Origin: Sedimentisphaera cyanobacteriorum
Lineage (GTDB): Bacteria; Planctomycetota; Phycisphaerae; Sedimentisphaerales; Sedimentisphaeraceae
Length of the DNA stretch: 32,000 nucleotides
Assembly (NCBI RefSeq): GCF_001997385.1
Contig: NZ_CP019633.1
Span: forward strand, 1,290,001 to 1,322,000
Direction: 5' to 3'
Below are positions 8,460-16,738 of this stretch, one piece after another (positions within the stretch are counted from its first letter, which is position 1; each line of letters opens with the position of its first letter). Position numbers and translations under genes: made by a program. Below the pieces are notes generated by a model. It worked only from the letters and a program-made list of their open reading frames with translations. It was not told where the DNA came from and did not search any database.

Positions 8460-10706
8460 TTATTCAGCGACCTCTGTCTCAGAGTCGGCTTCGGGGGCAT
8501 CCTTCCAAAGGAACTTGAACTTCAGCTTGAACCAATGGTCTCTTATAACATACTCTTTCTCGCTGTAGTCGTCGAATTGGATAACGCCGCTCTCGTCTGT
8601 CTTTACCACCTTACTCATCTCTTCCCCTGTAACAGGGTCAATGAGAACTGTTTCTTCTTCGAGTATATCTTGGCCGGCCTTTGCCTTGCTTTCTTCGGGG
8701 TCTAACCTCTCAACAGTTTTTTCAACGCCGATACCTACAGGCATTTCGCTGCTGTCTGGGGAAACCGGGCCTGTTTCATATTCAAAGTGATTCGAGGATT
8801 CCTTCTGGAAGAGCTCTATGTCATACCTTTCGAAAATTTCTTTGAAATTCTCAAGGCGTGTAACAAATCCCCATTTATCCTTGTTATCACCAACGCCGGC
8901 AGGGTCCATAATCTTGCCGATTTCGCTGTAAGGGGAATACCCTTCAATCACAACAACAAATCCTGGGCCGTCTTCTTCTGTTTCTTCTTCATCGGTTCTT
9001 TGCTCAGTATCCATACCGCCCATTCCGCCGACAGTTCCGCCGCCGCCGAAGGGGTCGAAGCCGCCTCCTCCGCCGCCGCCAAACGGATCGAAGCCGCCTC
9101 CTCCGCCAAAGGGGCTGGCAGTTCTGTCTGTTCCGCCTCGCTCGGTCTGCTTTCTTGTCTCAGAAAAAGCGGTTGTTTTTACGCTGTCTGTATAATCTAT
9201 AACGAGGCTCGATACAAATATCTGCTTTCTTTCAGAACGTGGAGTCTGCTTGACCTTTTCAATGTTGCCGTTTTTGAAAGCCTCATAAAGCTCGGCCTGC
9301 TCTGGGTTGTTCTCAGCATTCGGCATACAGAAGCCTATACCCTGAACAACAGAGGGTATAATATCCCTGTTGTCAAAGTAATCCATATACTTTGCTATTT
9401 TCTCTTCAAGCTTTTCATCCTTCTGCTTCTGCTCATCGAGTTTGCTGATAGCATCCTGAGCTCTGTCTATTACCGCTTTGACTTCTCTTCTTGTATCCTG
9501 ATTTGCGCTGTAAGCAATCTTGTCTGCCATGCTTTTCCCGAAGGCTGCAATACAGGCTAAAAGGAAGATAAAAGCTGCTGCATACATATAAACAGACTTC
9601 TGCTTCCAAGCCATAGACCTCGCTACGTTTGTAGGCAGAAGATTTGCATTTATCGGGGCTTTACCCAATGCCTGAAGGCCGATTCCGTAAGCCACGCTGT
9701 TGTCTAATATGTTTTGGTGGAAGCTTGCCGCAGAAACTCCCGACCCCAGCTTAACCTTCTTGAATTCGGTGGGCATAAACATCTTGATCCCGAGACTCTG
9801 CTGGAGATACTTTGCAAGCCCCTGGAGCTTAAAGCCTCCGCCAAGGCCTATCACACGAACAAAATCTACCTTGTGGGCATCAGAATAGTATCCAAGTGAT
9901 CTCTGTATCTCTTCTGAAAGTTCTGTGTAGGTGCGGCGCATCGCCTGGAATATCTGCTTGGCATACTTGCTGGACTGTGAATTCCTTTTGAGCTTTTCGG
10001 CCTTCGCAAAATCAATCTTGAATGCGTCTGCGACAGCTTCTGTAAAATCATTGCCGCCCATAGGTATGCATCTTTGCCATACCGAATTTCCGGAACATAC
10101 CACAAGGTTTGTATTGTCCGTTCCGATATCAAGCAGAACTATAGCCTTGCCTGGATTCTTGAGCACATCAGGGAATTCATAGGCGGCATAGTTATAGATA
10201 GCCATCGGAGCCATCTGAACATAATTAACACGAATGCCGGCTTCAGTGTAATGGGAAAGGATAGACTCAACCAGCTCATTCTTGATTGCAAAGATTCCAA
10301 TAGATGTGTCCGGGGAATCCTCCTCGCTCATCAGCTCGTAATCCCATTCAACTTCGTGTATGTCGAAAGGAATCTGCTGAGCGGCCTCATGCCTTACCAG
10401 CTTTGAAAGCTGCTTTTTATCTACAGGAGGAAGCTTTACGAACCTGGCAAAGCTTGTCTGCCCGGGTACTGATATCGCCACCTCTTCACCTCGAAGATCG
10501 TGCTTTGAGGCGAATTTCTTTATCGTTTCTGCCGCATACTGCTCTTTCTGCTCTTCGCCCACTTCAGGAGCGCTGAGCAGCTGCCTGTGCTCGATGAGTT
10601 CTGATTCAAGAACCTCAACGGTTTCGCCGTCTAACCTGAGATGCAGTGCCCTCAAGGCTCGACTGCCCACATCTAAAGCCCATACGTATTCGCTGCCAGA
10701 TGCCAT
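8460..10706 (-). CDS. PilM-PilN fusion protein with a Gly-rich linker and an extra C-terminal periplasmic domain (operon gene 1)
   Basis: 748 aa. Residues 1 to ~350 are a PilM/FtsA-type actin-fold ATPase (WALDVGSRALRAL, LLDIGTDNTNLVV, VIGLGGGFKLQGL). Next come the PilN N-terminal signature INANLLP, a TM (VYMYAAAFIFLLACIAAFG) and a coiled coil (ISKLDEQKQKDEKLEEKIAKY). After that come SPFGGGGGFDPFGGGGGGGFDPFGGGG, an acidic linker and ~240 aa of unassigned sequence. AAGGAG lies ~10 nt before the ATG. Confidence 0.85.
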   Translation of the reverse strand: MASGSEYVWALDVGSRALRALHLRLDGETVEVLESELIEHRQLLSAPEVGEEQKEQYAAETIKKFASKHDLRGEEVAISVPGQTSFARFVKLPPVDKKQLSKLVRHEAAQQIPFDIHEVEWDYELMSEEDSPDTSIGIFAIKNELVESILSHYTEAGIRVNYVQMAPMAIYNYAAYEFPDVLKNPGKAIVLLDIGTDNTNLVVCSGNSVWQRCIPMGGNDFTEAVADAFKIDFAKAEKLKRNSQSSKYAKQIFQAMRRTYTELSEEIQRSLGYYSDAHKVDFVRVIGLGGGFKLQGLAKYLQQSLGIKMFMPTEFKKVKLGSGVSAASFHQNILDNSVAYGIGLQALGKAPINANLLPTNVARSMAWKQKSVYMYAAAFIFLLACIAAFGKSMADKIAYSANQDTRREVKAVIDRAQDAISKLDEQKQKDEKLEEKIAKYMDYFDNRDIIPSVVQGIGFCMPNAENNPEQAELYEAFKNGNIEKVKQTPRSERKQIFVSSLVIDYTDSVKTTAFSETRKQTERGGTDRTASPFGGGGGFDPFGGGGGGGFDPFGGGGTVGGMGGMDTEQRTDEEETEEDGPGFVVVIEGYSPYSEIGKIMDPAGVGDNKDKWGFVTRLENFKEIFERYDIELFQKESSNHFEYETGPVSPDSSEMPVGIGVEKTVERLDPEESKAKAGQDILEEETVLIDPVTGEEMSKVVKTDESGVIQFDDYSEKEYVIRDHWFKLKFKFLWKDAPEADSETEVAE
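9012..9116 (-). repeat. Coding Gly-rich repeat tract (SPFGG plus 2x FDPFGG) in the PilMN fusion
   Basis: The minus strand encodes SPFGGGGGFDPFGGGGGGGFDPFGGGGTVGGMGGM. Confidence 0.9.
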
Positions 10707-10779
10707 ATATCACAGTCTCCTTGCCCGCCCTGAAAAAGCAGGGCTTGTTTTTGGTTACAATTTTTATATCTTCTGGAGT

Positions 10780-12057
10780 ATGGTAACATTTTATATAACT
10801 ACGCTGGGATGTAAAGTAAACCAGTACGAAAGTCAGCAAATTAGGCAATTTTTGCGGTCAAAAGGGCTCAGTCAGACGTTCAAACCCGATAATGCCGACA
10901 TTGCTGTGGTGAGAACCTGCTGCATAACCAAAAACGCCTCATCCAAGAGCAGGCAGGCGATAAAGCGAATACACAAAGCCAACCCCGAATGCGTTATTAT
11001 TGCCAACGGATGCCTTATAGATTCAAAAACTGAAGAGAAACCTGAGGAATTGAATAATCTTATTTTCCAAAGAAAAAATTATCCGCTTGAGCAGGTTTTA
11101 GAGCAGGTTTACGGAAAACTGAAAACAGACGAAAAAATTTTTGATATAGGGCTGAAAAACTACGGCCTGCAGACAAGGGCTTTTCTGAAAGTACAGGACG
11201 GCTGCGACGGCTTCTGCAGCTACTGCATAATACCGAAAATCAGGACTGAAATTTCATCAAAACCTTTAGACAATATCTTGAAAGAGTCTCGGGAGCTTGT
11301 GAATTCCGGACACAAGGAGATTGTGCTTACCGGTGTGTTCCTCGGGGCGTACGGGAAAGAAACCGTAAAGAGAAACCGTTGGAACGAGAGGGTAAACCGT
11401 GAATTTCTGGAGCTCGTGGATTCAGTTGCGCAGACCCCAGGGCTGGAAAGGCTCAGGCTCAGCTCTGTAGAGCCGGGCGATATAAGCGAAGAGCTGATGG
11501 AGATTTATAAGTGCCGCGGAAACCTTGCCCCGCATTTCCATATCTCGCTTCAGTCCGGCAGCAGCCGGGTCTTGAAGCTTATGAACAGGCAGTACAGCAG
11601 CGAAACCTTCCGGCATAAGATTGATCTAATAAAATCAAGCCTGCATAAGCCGGCAGTTACTACTGATTTGATTGCAGGTTTTCCGGGAGAAACTGAGGCG
11701 GATTTTGAGGATTCTTTAGCGATGTGCAGATATTGCGGCTTCTCGAAAATGCACGTTTTCAGCTATTCCTCGCGTTCTGGAACAGGCGCTGCAAATATGA
11801 AGGGCCATCTGCCCGCCGGGGTAATTAAGCAAAGAGCAGCGAAGCTCTCACAAACAGGCGATAAGCTTGCTGAGGAATTCCGGGATTCTCTTGTCGGAGA
11901 AGAAGCGGGAGTAATAATCGAAGATCAGGAAAACCAGAGCGGCAAGTGCGAGAGATATCTCGACATAAAACTCACTGAAGGCTGCTTTGAGAGAGGCAAG
12001 CTGGTGCGTTCAGAAATCCTGCCCGGCGGGAAAGAGGCAAAACCGCTCTTCGAATGA
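10780..12057 (+). CDS. mtaB: Radical-SAM methylthiotransferase, MtaB-like (tRNA ms2t6A)
   Basis: The ORF track starts this gene at 10594, inside the opposite-strand PilMN gene. The conserved N-terminus begins at ATG 10780 (MVTFYITTLGCKVNQYESQ). It has the radical-SAM motif CDGFCSYC and a TRAM-like C-terminus. I chose MtaB over MiaB/RimO by eye from the N-terminal pattern. Confidence 0.75.
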   Translation: MVTFYITTLGCKVNQYESQQIRQFLRSKGLSQTFKPDNADIAVVRTCCITKNASSKSRQAIKRIHKANPECVIIANGCLIDSKTEEKPEELNNLIFQRKNYPLEQVLEQVYGKLKTDEKIFDIGLKNYGLQTRAFLKVQDGCDGFCSYCIIPKIRTEISSKPLDNILKESRELVNSGHKEIVLTGVFLGAYGKETVKRNRWNERVNREFLELVDSVAQTPGLERLRLSSVEPGDISEELMEIYKCRGNLAPHFHISLQSGSSRVLKLMNRQYSSETFRHKIDLIKSSLHKPAVTTDLIAGFPGETEADFEDSLAMCRYCGFSKMHVFSYSSRSGTGAANMKGHLPAGVIKQRAAKLSQTGDKLAEEFRDSLVGEEAGVIIEDQENQSGKCERYLDIKLTEGCFERGKLVRSEILPGGKEAKPLFE

Positions 12058-12165
12058 AAATAATCTTGCATGATCAATTAACGCAAACCTAGAGGACGCA
12101 CCCTTTTATTCCGCTCCACAGAACTTAACCCAATTCAATCTATACGAACAACATAAGGATCTCGT

Positions 12166-13394
12166 TTATAGGTCAAAGTTAAAAGTACCAACAGCTCGGT
12201 GGAAATCGGACAGTGCTGTATAATAATCCCACCCGGCTTGTGCCCTGTTGCCTTCAGCCCTGACCAGGGCGGTACGGGCGTCGAGCAGATCGTTAGTGGT
12301 GGATTGTCCGACCTGATATCTTTCCTGTGTAAGTCTCATACCTTCCTGTGCTTCTTCTACAATAGTTTTTGTAGCTTCCAGTGCCTGATATGCCTCTTTC
12401 AGTTTTGCAAAGTCATTCCAAACCTGCTGTTTAACTTCGAGAATCAGGTTTTGCAGAAGCGCCTCTTGCTCGGAAAGCTGAGCCTTAGCATGCCTGACAT
12501 TGTTGTCTCTGGCAAAGCCGTCAAAAAGCGGCAGTTCTACGAAGATTCCGACCATCCAGCTGTCATCATTCGGGAAAAAACCGTCGTCCTGTCGGCCGTA
12601 GCTTGCCCTTGCCGAAACATCCGGACCGTATTCACTTTTTGCTGCCTTAATATTACTCTTTGCTGCTGATATCCTGTTTAAGGCTGCTTTTAGTTCGGGA
12701 CGCAGATATACGGCTTTCTGTAATGCTGAATAAAGACGTTTTTTCGTAGGCTCCTGAAAAGCTGGGTGCTGATCATTGATACTTACAGGTATTTCAGCAG
12801 GTAAACCCATTGACCTGTTTAGTTGTCCCTGTGCTATTCGAATCATTTTTTGTGTCCGCACAAGCGACAGATTAGCCTCTGAAACATCAACCTTTACTCG
12901 TAAGACTTCTGCCTGGGGGATCTGGCCTGCGCTGCGACGCTTTTGGGCGATTTCCAGATGATTTTCAGCTTTTCTTAGGTTTTGCTTCGCAATCTGATTG
13001 GCATCCTGTGCTGCCAGATAGCCGTAATATGCCCTGTGGACATTCTGGATAATATCCTGGCGAATTTCTCTGGCGGTTTGCTCGCTTGCCTGCTGCCGAA
13101 ATAAAGCAGACATGAGTTCGGCTCGACGTTTTCCGCTGTCATATAAACTATAGCGAAGATTTAAACTTGCCGTCCAGTCCTCGGTTGGTCCGACGGTGCT
13201 TGACATGCCTGGCCTGGTAACCCCCTCCGGCAGGAATATATGTCTTTCCCATCGGCTGTAACCGCCGGTCGCGTCAATCTGGGGGTAATAGGATGAACGT
13301 CTCAGGCCGACAATAGCTTTTGCTGCCGCAACACCTTCTGATGCCGCACGCTGAAGAGGATTTTTATCCAGCGCTATCGCCACACACTGATTAG
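12166..13394 (-). pseudogene. TolC/OprM-family outer-membrane efflux protein, 5' end removed by the IS5-family element
   Basis: 405-aa ORF with only a GTG 'start'. It has OEP-type repeats (ALDKNPLQRAA, YYPQIDATGGY, LPLFDGFARDNNVRHAKAQ). In-frame upstream codons read FSGATNQC before VAIALDKNP and hit a stop at 13425-13423. There is no signal peptide, and family members normally start ~25-35 aa earlier. Confidence 0.7.
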
Positions 13395-14924
13395 TCGCCC
13401 CTGAAAAAGTTTTAAATTTTCCTTAAATTCTTTTCTGATAATGGTTTATATGATTGAAAAGCTTTCGAGATATGGTATAATATTGCAAGTGTTTATCTTA
13501 CATCTATCAAAACATTGCAATATTGGGACAAAATAATGAAGGCAAAAAACAATAAAGCAGGCTTACTCTTTCAGCAGCCATTAAAACCTCTTGTAAATCC
13601 TGATCACTCTTTAGTCCAACTCTCAGAGGTTGTCAACTGGTCTCGCTTTGAAGAGAAGTTTGGCAGTTTATACAGTCCTGATTCAGGCAGGCCGGCCAAG
13701 CCGATTCGCCTGATGGTCGGCCTTCAGTATCTCAAGTACACTTTCAATCTCAGCGATGAAGCAATCGTTGCCGGCTGGGTTGAGAATCCTTACTGGCAGT
13801 ATTTCTGCGGCGAAAGATACTTCCAGTACGAGCCTCCTATTGATCCAACCAGTATGACTAAGTGGCGTAATAAGGTAAAATCTGATGGTCTTGAAGAGCT
13901 GCTCGAAGAAACTATCAAAGCCGGCTTGAAGCTTAAGGTTATCAAAAAGAACGATTTCAACAAGCTCGTTGCAGATACAACCGTTCAGCAGAAGAACATC
14001 ACTTATCCGACCGACGCAAAACTCTGCCACAAACTGCGCATTAAGCTTGTAGATCTTGCAAAAGCATCAAAACTCCAACTTCGCCAAAGCTACGAAAGGG
14101 TTGGAAAAAGGGCGTATGTAATGCAGGGCAGGTATCGACGTGCAAGACAGTTCAAAAGAGCTAAAAAAGAAGTGAAGAAATTAAGGAACTACCTGCGGCG
14201 AATTACGAAAGAGGTCGAGCGGAATATAGCAGGCAATGAGCAGTTAAGAATAATTTTTGATACATTGCTTCAAGCCGCTAAGAAGCTTTTAGCCCAGACA
14301 AAGAAAAGCAAAAATAAGCTCTACAGTATTCACGAACCTCACGTCTGCTGCATTGGGAAAGGCAAAAGCCACAAGAAATATGAGTTTGGAAATAAGGTTG
14401 GAATTGTAACTACTGCCAAGAATAATTTTATCGTAGGAGCGTTGGGCTTTGAAGGAAACCCTTATGATGGCCATACTCTTCGGGCTAATCTGAAGCAGAC
14501 AATGAATTTAATCGGGAGAGAAAAGCTTGGAGATGTTTATGTTGATGGAGGATACAAGAAACATGGCTGCGAAGATATTGGAAATGTTGAAATTGTAGAA
14601 AAGGGCTGGCGAAAAAAGAAACGAAGTATCAAGAGGTGGATTAAGAGAAGATCGAGCATAGAACCAACGATAGGCCACCTCAAAGAAGACAACAGGTTGG
14701 GAAGAAACTTCTTGAAAGGTGTAGAAGGGGACAAAATGAACGCCCTCGGCAGCGCTTTTGGGTACAATATGCGTAAACTTCTAAAGAAGTTTACTTTTGC
14801 CTATATTTTTATGCTTAAAATTATTGAATTTTACAGAAATTTGGCAATGAAAAGCAAATTAAAGACTCGATTAGCCTGATATATTTTTTTAGTTTCCCCA
14901 AAATCATTGATTTTTCAGGAACGA
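13395..14924 (+). mobile_element. IS5-family insertion sequence (~1.53 kb)
   Basis: A single transposase gene is flanked by imperfect terminal inverted repeats. The left end TCGCCCCTGAAAAAG (13395-13409) matches the reverse complement of the right end, TCGTTCCTGAAAAAT (14924-14910), at 12/15 positions. The flanks are TTAG (13391-13394) and CTAA (14925-14928). Ends are uncertain by a few bp. Confidence 0.7.
13536..14879 (+). CDS. IS5-family DDE transposase
   Basis: InsH/DUF772-type N-domain (GRPAKPIRLMVGLQYLKYTFNLSDEA) and a DDE C-domain (VADTTVQQKNITYPTD, VYVDGGY, SIEPTIGHLKEDNRLGRNFLKG). I prefer ATG 13536 to the TTG at 13515 used by the ORF track. Confidence 0.92.
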   Translation: MKAKNNKAGLLFQQPLKPLVNPDHSLVQLSEVVNWSRFEEKFGSLYSPDSGRPAKPIRLMVGLQYLKYTFNLSDEAIVAGWVENPYWQYFCGERYFQYEPPIDPTSMTKWRNKVKSDGLEELLEETIKAGLKLKVIKKNDFNKLVADTTVQQKNITYPTDAKLCHKLRIKLVDLAKASKLQLRQSYERVGKRAYVMQGRYRRARQFKRAKKEVKKLRNYLRRITKEVERNIAGNEQLRIIFDTLLQAAKKLLAQTKKSKNKLYSIHEPHVCCIGKGKSHKKYEFGNKVGIVTTAKNNFIVGALGFEGNPYDGHTLRANLKQTMNLIGREKLGDVYVDGGYKKHGCEDIGNVEIVEKGWRKKKRSIKRWIKRRSSIEPTIGHLKEDNRLGRNFLKGVEGDKMNALGSAFGYNMRKLLKKFTFAYIFMLKIIEFYRNLAMKSKLKTRLA

Positions 14925-14926
14925 CT

Positions 14927-15016
14927 AAATATATAGGAGAAAATGCCGTTGTTATTCTTAATGAATTTGGGCAAGTTGTAACAACATGGGCTACTTCTTC
15001 AAGTGCTTGGAGGTAA
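14927..15016 (+). pseudogene. 3' stub (~30 codons) of a toxin-like gene cut by the IS5-family element
   Basis: In frame with stop TAA 15014-15016 and 6 nt before the immunity ATG: KYIGENAVVILNEFGQVVTTWATSSSAWR*. It reads like the terminal beta-strands of a polymorphic-toxin C-terminal domain. Everything upstream is IS sequence. Confidence 0.45.
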
Positions 15017-15022
15017 TATAAG

Positions 15023-15454
15023 ATGGCAAATGTAAATATAATAGGTACAACTGGTGACAGTATCAATATGTTGATTTCCAGACGAACTTATCCGCAGGAG
15101 CAGGATAAATGGGATGGAAATTGGCTGAACACTCAAATTAAGATTAAAGTTGGGAGTTTCTCAGGGAAAACAGACGCATTATTGAGAAGCGATGAGTTTG
15201 AACAATTATCAAAAGCAATTGAACAGTTTCTTTATAAAAAAGTGGAGTCTGTAACATTTTCGCCTATGGAACCCTGGATATGTTTTAGGGCAACAAAAAA
15301 CCGAAAACAGAATATTGAGTTTGCTGGAGAGGTCACAGACCGTCTTGGAACTGGAAATATTCTAAAATTTCAACTTGAACTATCTCTGCCCGATCTTAAA
15401 AAAATACTTGAAGAGATAAATGCTGTACTACATGATTTTCCAGTAAAGCAGTAA
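15023..15454 (+). CDS. Polymorphic-toxin immunity protein, WapI-like
   Basis: 143 aa. The pattern RRTYPQEQDKWDGNWLNTQIKIKVGSFSG...LLRSDEFEQL...FSPMEPWICF matches my memory of WapI-family immunity proteins (YP..D.NWL, then EP.l.f). It sits immediately after a toxin-like 3' stub. It needs HMM confirmation. Confidence 0.5.
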   Translation: MANVNIIGTTGDSINMLISRRTYPQEQDKWDGNWLNTQIKIKVGSFSGKTDALLRSDEFEQLSKAIEQFLYKKVESVTFSPMEPWICFRATKNRKQNIEFAGEVTDRLGTGNILKFQLELSLPDLKKILEEINAVLHDFPVKQ

Positions 15455-15581
15455 AGGAATATTATGATAGGACATTACAAATGACACTTTGGGCTGTAGC
15501 TCTCCCATAGAATTGAACACTTTAAATTAGACGGTTCCTGAATAATATAAACCAACTCAAATATTTAGAAAGGAACTTAAA

Positions 15582-15848
15582 ATGCGAAGATCGAGGTTTA
15601 GTGAAAGCCAGATACTTTCGATTCTCAAGGAGTCAGAAGCCGGTTTAGAGGTCAGTGATTTGACCAGTAAATACGGCATATCCCGTGCCACATTTTACAA
15701 CTGGAAGAGCAAGTATTCTGGTATTGGCGGCAGTGAGATAAGGCGTTTACGCGAGTTAGAGCGAGAGAACGGCAAGCTCAAAAAGATGTATGCGGACTTA
15801 TCATTAGAGAATAACGTTCTCAAGGATTTAATAGAAAAAAACTTCTAA
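15582..15848 (+). CDS. IS3-family transposase OrfA (HTH)
   Basis: 88 aa with an HTH (SESQILSILKESEAGLEVSDLTSKYGISRATFYNWKSKY) and a leucine-zipper-like tail (LRELERENGKLKKMYADLSLENNVLKDL). Confidence 0.9.
   Translation: MRRSRFSESQILSILKESEAGLEVSDLTSKYGISRATFYNWKSKYSGIGGSEIRRLRELERENGKLKKMYADLSLENNVLKDLIEKNF
15836..15842 (+). other. Programmed -1 ribosomal frameshift heptamer, A AAA AAC
   Basis: The heptamer is in the orfA zero frame, just before the orfA stop. The -1 frame continues KKLLKPAERKDFARQAHSKGLCVQSSCKAAGISRGSFYY into orfB. Confidence 0.7.
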
Positions 15849-16725
15849 AGCCTGCCGAGCGAAAGGATTTTGCCAGGCAGGCACATTCTAAGGGCTTATG
15901 CGTGCAATCATCTTGTAAAGCAGCAGGCATCAGCCGGGGCAGTTTTTACTATACTCCTTCAAGAAACGATGATGCTGAGGTAAAAAGACAGATAGAGCTG
16001 GTAATAGATTCCCGTCCTCGACGCGGATTTCCAAAGATATTCGACAGTATCCGCCGCAAGGGATATAGCTGGAATCACAAAAAGGTTTATCGTGTTTATA
16101 AGGAAAATGAATTTCAGCTTAACAACCGTAAAAAGAATTTGATAAGGCAAATAGAGCGTAAACCTATGCCAGAAGCCACGAGAGCTAATGAGATATGGAG
16201 TATTGATTTTATGAGCGATAGTTTGAGTAATGGTCGGCCATTCAGGGCTTTCAACGTTATCGATGAGTTTAACCGTGAGGCATTGGATATTGAGATCGAC
16301 ACGAGCTTACCTTCGCTTCGCATAATTCGTAGCCTTGAATTAATAGGCTCTGATCGGGGTTTCCCCGCTTTATTCGCAGCGATAATGGGCCGGAATTTAG
16401 GAGCCTTCAATTTCGCAGGTTCTGCTGCCGAAACAGAATCAGGCACCGCCGTATAGAAGCAGGCAAGCCTCAGCAAAACAGTTTTATTGAACGATTCAAT
16501 CGGAGTTATCGAGAGGATATACTTGATATGTACAGTTTTAAGAATTTATCAGAAGCTCGTAATTTAACTTTAGATTGGCTTATAGAATATAATTATGAGC
16601 GTGGGCACGAATCACTGGGAGGGAAAGCTCCTGTAGAGTATGTCCGCAGTTTTTTGCCTTTCACCCCTCAAAATAATTCTGAAGGGGCAAAAGGAAAAAA
16701 CTGCTGTTTGAAGGAATTTGTCTAA
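15842..16725 (+). pseudogene. IS3-family transposase OrfB (rve/DDE integrase core), frame-broken
   Basis: The frame of 15902-16456 carries EIWSIDFMSDSLSNGRPFRAFNVIDEFNREALDIEID. The frame opening at 16354 carries FPRFIRSDNGPEF...IEAGKPQQNSFIERFNRSYREDILD...YNYERGHESLGGKAPVEY up to the stop at 16725. Joining the two needs a 1-nt indel within GGGGTTTCCCC (16356-16366). Confidence 0.8.
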
Positions 16726-16738
16726 TTATTACTGTTCA

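Larger units (their letters stand above)
15514..16738 (+). mobile_element. IS3-family insertion sequence (1225 bp), decayed
   Basis: IRL is TGAACACTTTAAATTAGACGGTTCC (from 15514). The reverse complement of the right end is TGAACAGTAATAATTAGACAAATTCC (ending at 16738). It has TG...CA termini and an orfA/orfB layout with an A AAA AAC slippery site. orfB carries an extra frame break. Confidence 0.85.

Noticed and set aside
5295-9116. The idea that the DPF / Phe-Gly repeats are analogues of eukaryotic AP-2-binding DPF motifs or FG-nucleoporin repeats. This is tempting given the claims of endocytosis-like uptake and pore-like structures in Planctomycetes.
   Set aside because: The predicted topology puts every copy on the periplasmic side of a single N-in TM, not in the cytoplasm. 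The resemblance is only a tripeptide plus composition, and there is no supporting coat-like or pore-like gene here. I kept it only as a shared-motif observation.
8787-9560. A 257-aa plus-strand ORF with an Ala/Ser-rich tract.
   Set aside because: It is antisense to the PilMN fusion. Its low-complexity part is just the mirror of the Gly-rich coding tract, and it has no start context or recognisable fold signals.
10727-10752. A GCCCTG-N6-CAGGGC hairpin followed by TTGTTTTT, between the divergent PilMN and mtaB starts. It looks like a plus-strand terminator or attenuator.
   Set aside because: The stem is only 6 bp and there is no upstream plus-strand gene to terminate. It may simply be 5'-UTR or promoter sequence, and I cannot support a function from sequence alone.
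10594-10779. A long N-terminal extension of the mtaB ORF, giving 487 aa in the ORF track.
   Set aside because: It overlaps the 5' end of the opposite-strand PilMN gene by >100 nt, and the extension has no similarity to the methylthiotransferase N-terminus. The conserved MVTFYITTLGCKVNQYE begins at ATG 10780.
12199-12669. A 156-aa plus-strand ORF.
   Set aside because: It is antisense to the TolC-like gene and its translation is Cys/Phe-rich with no signal.
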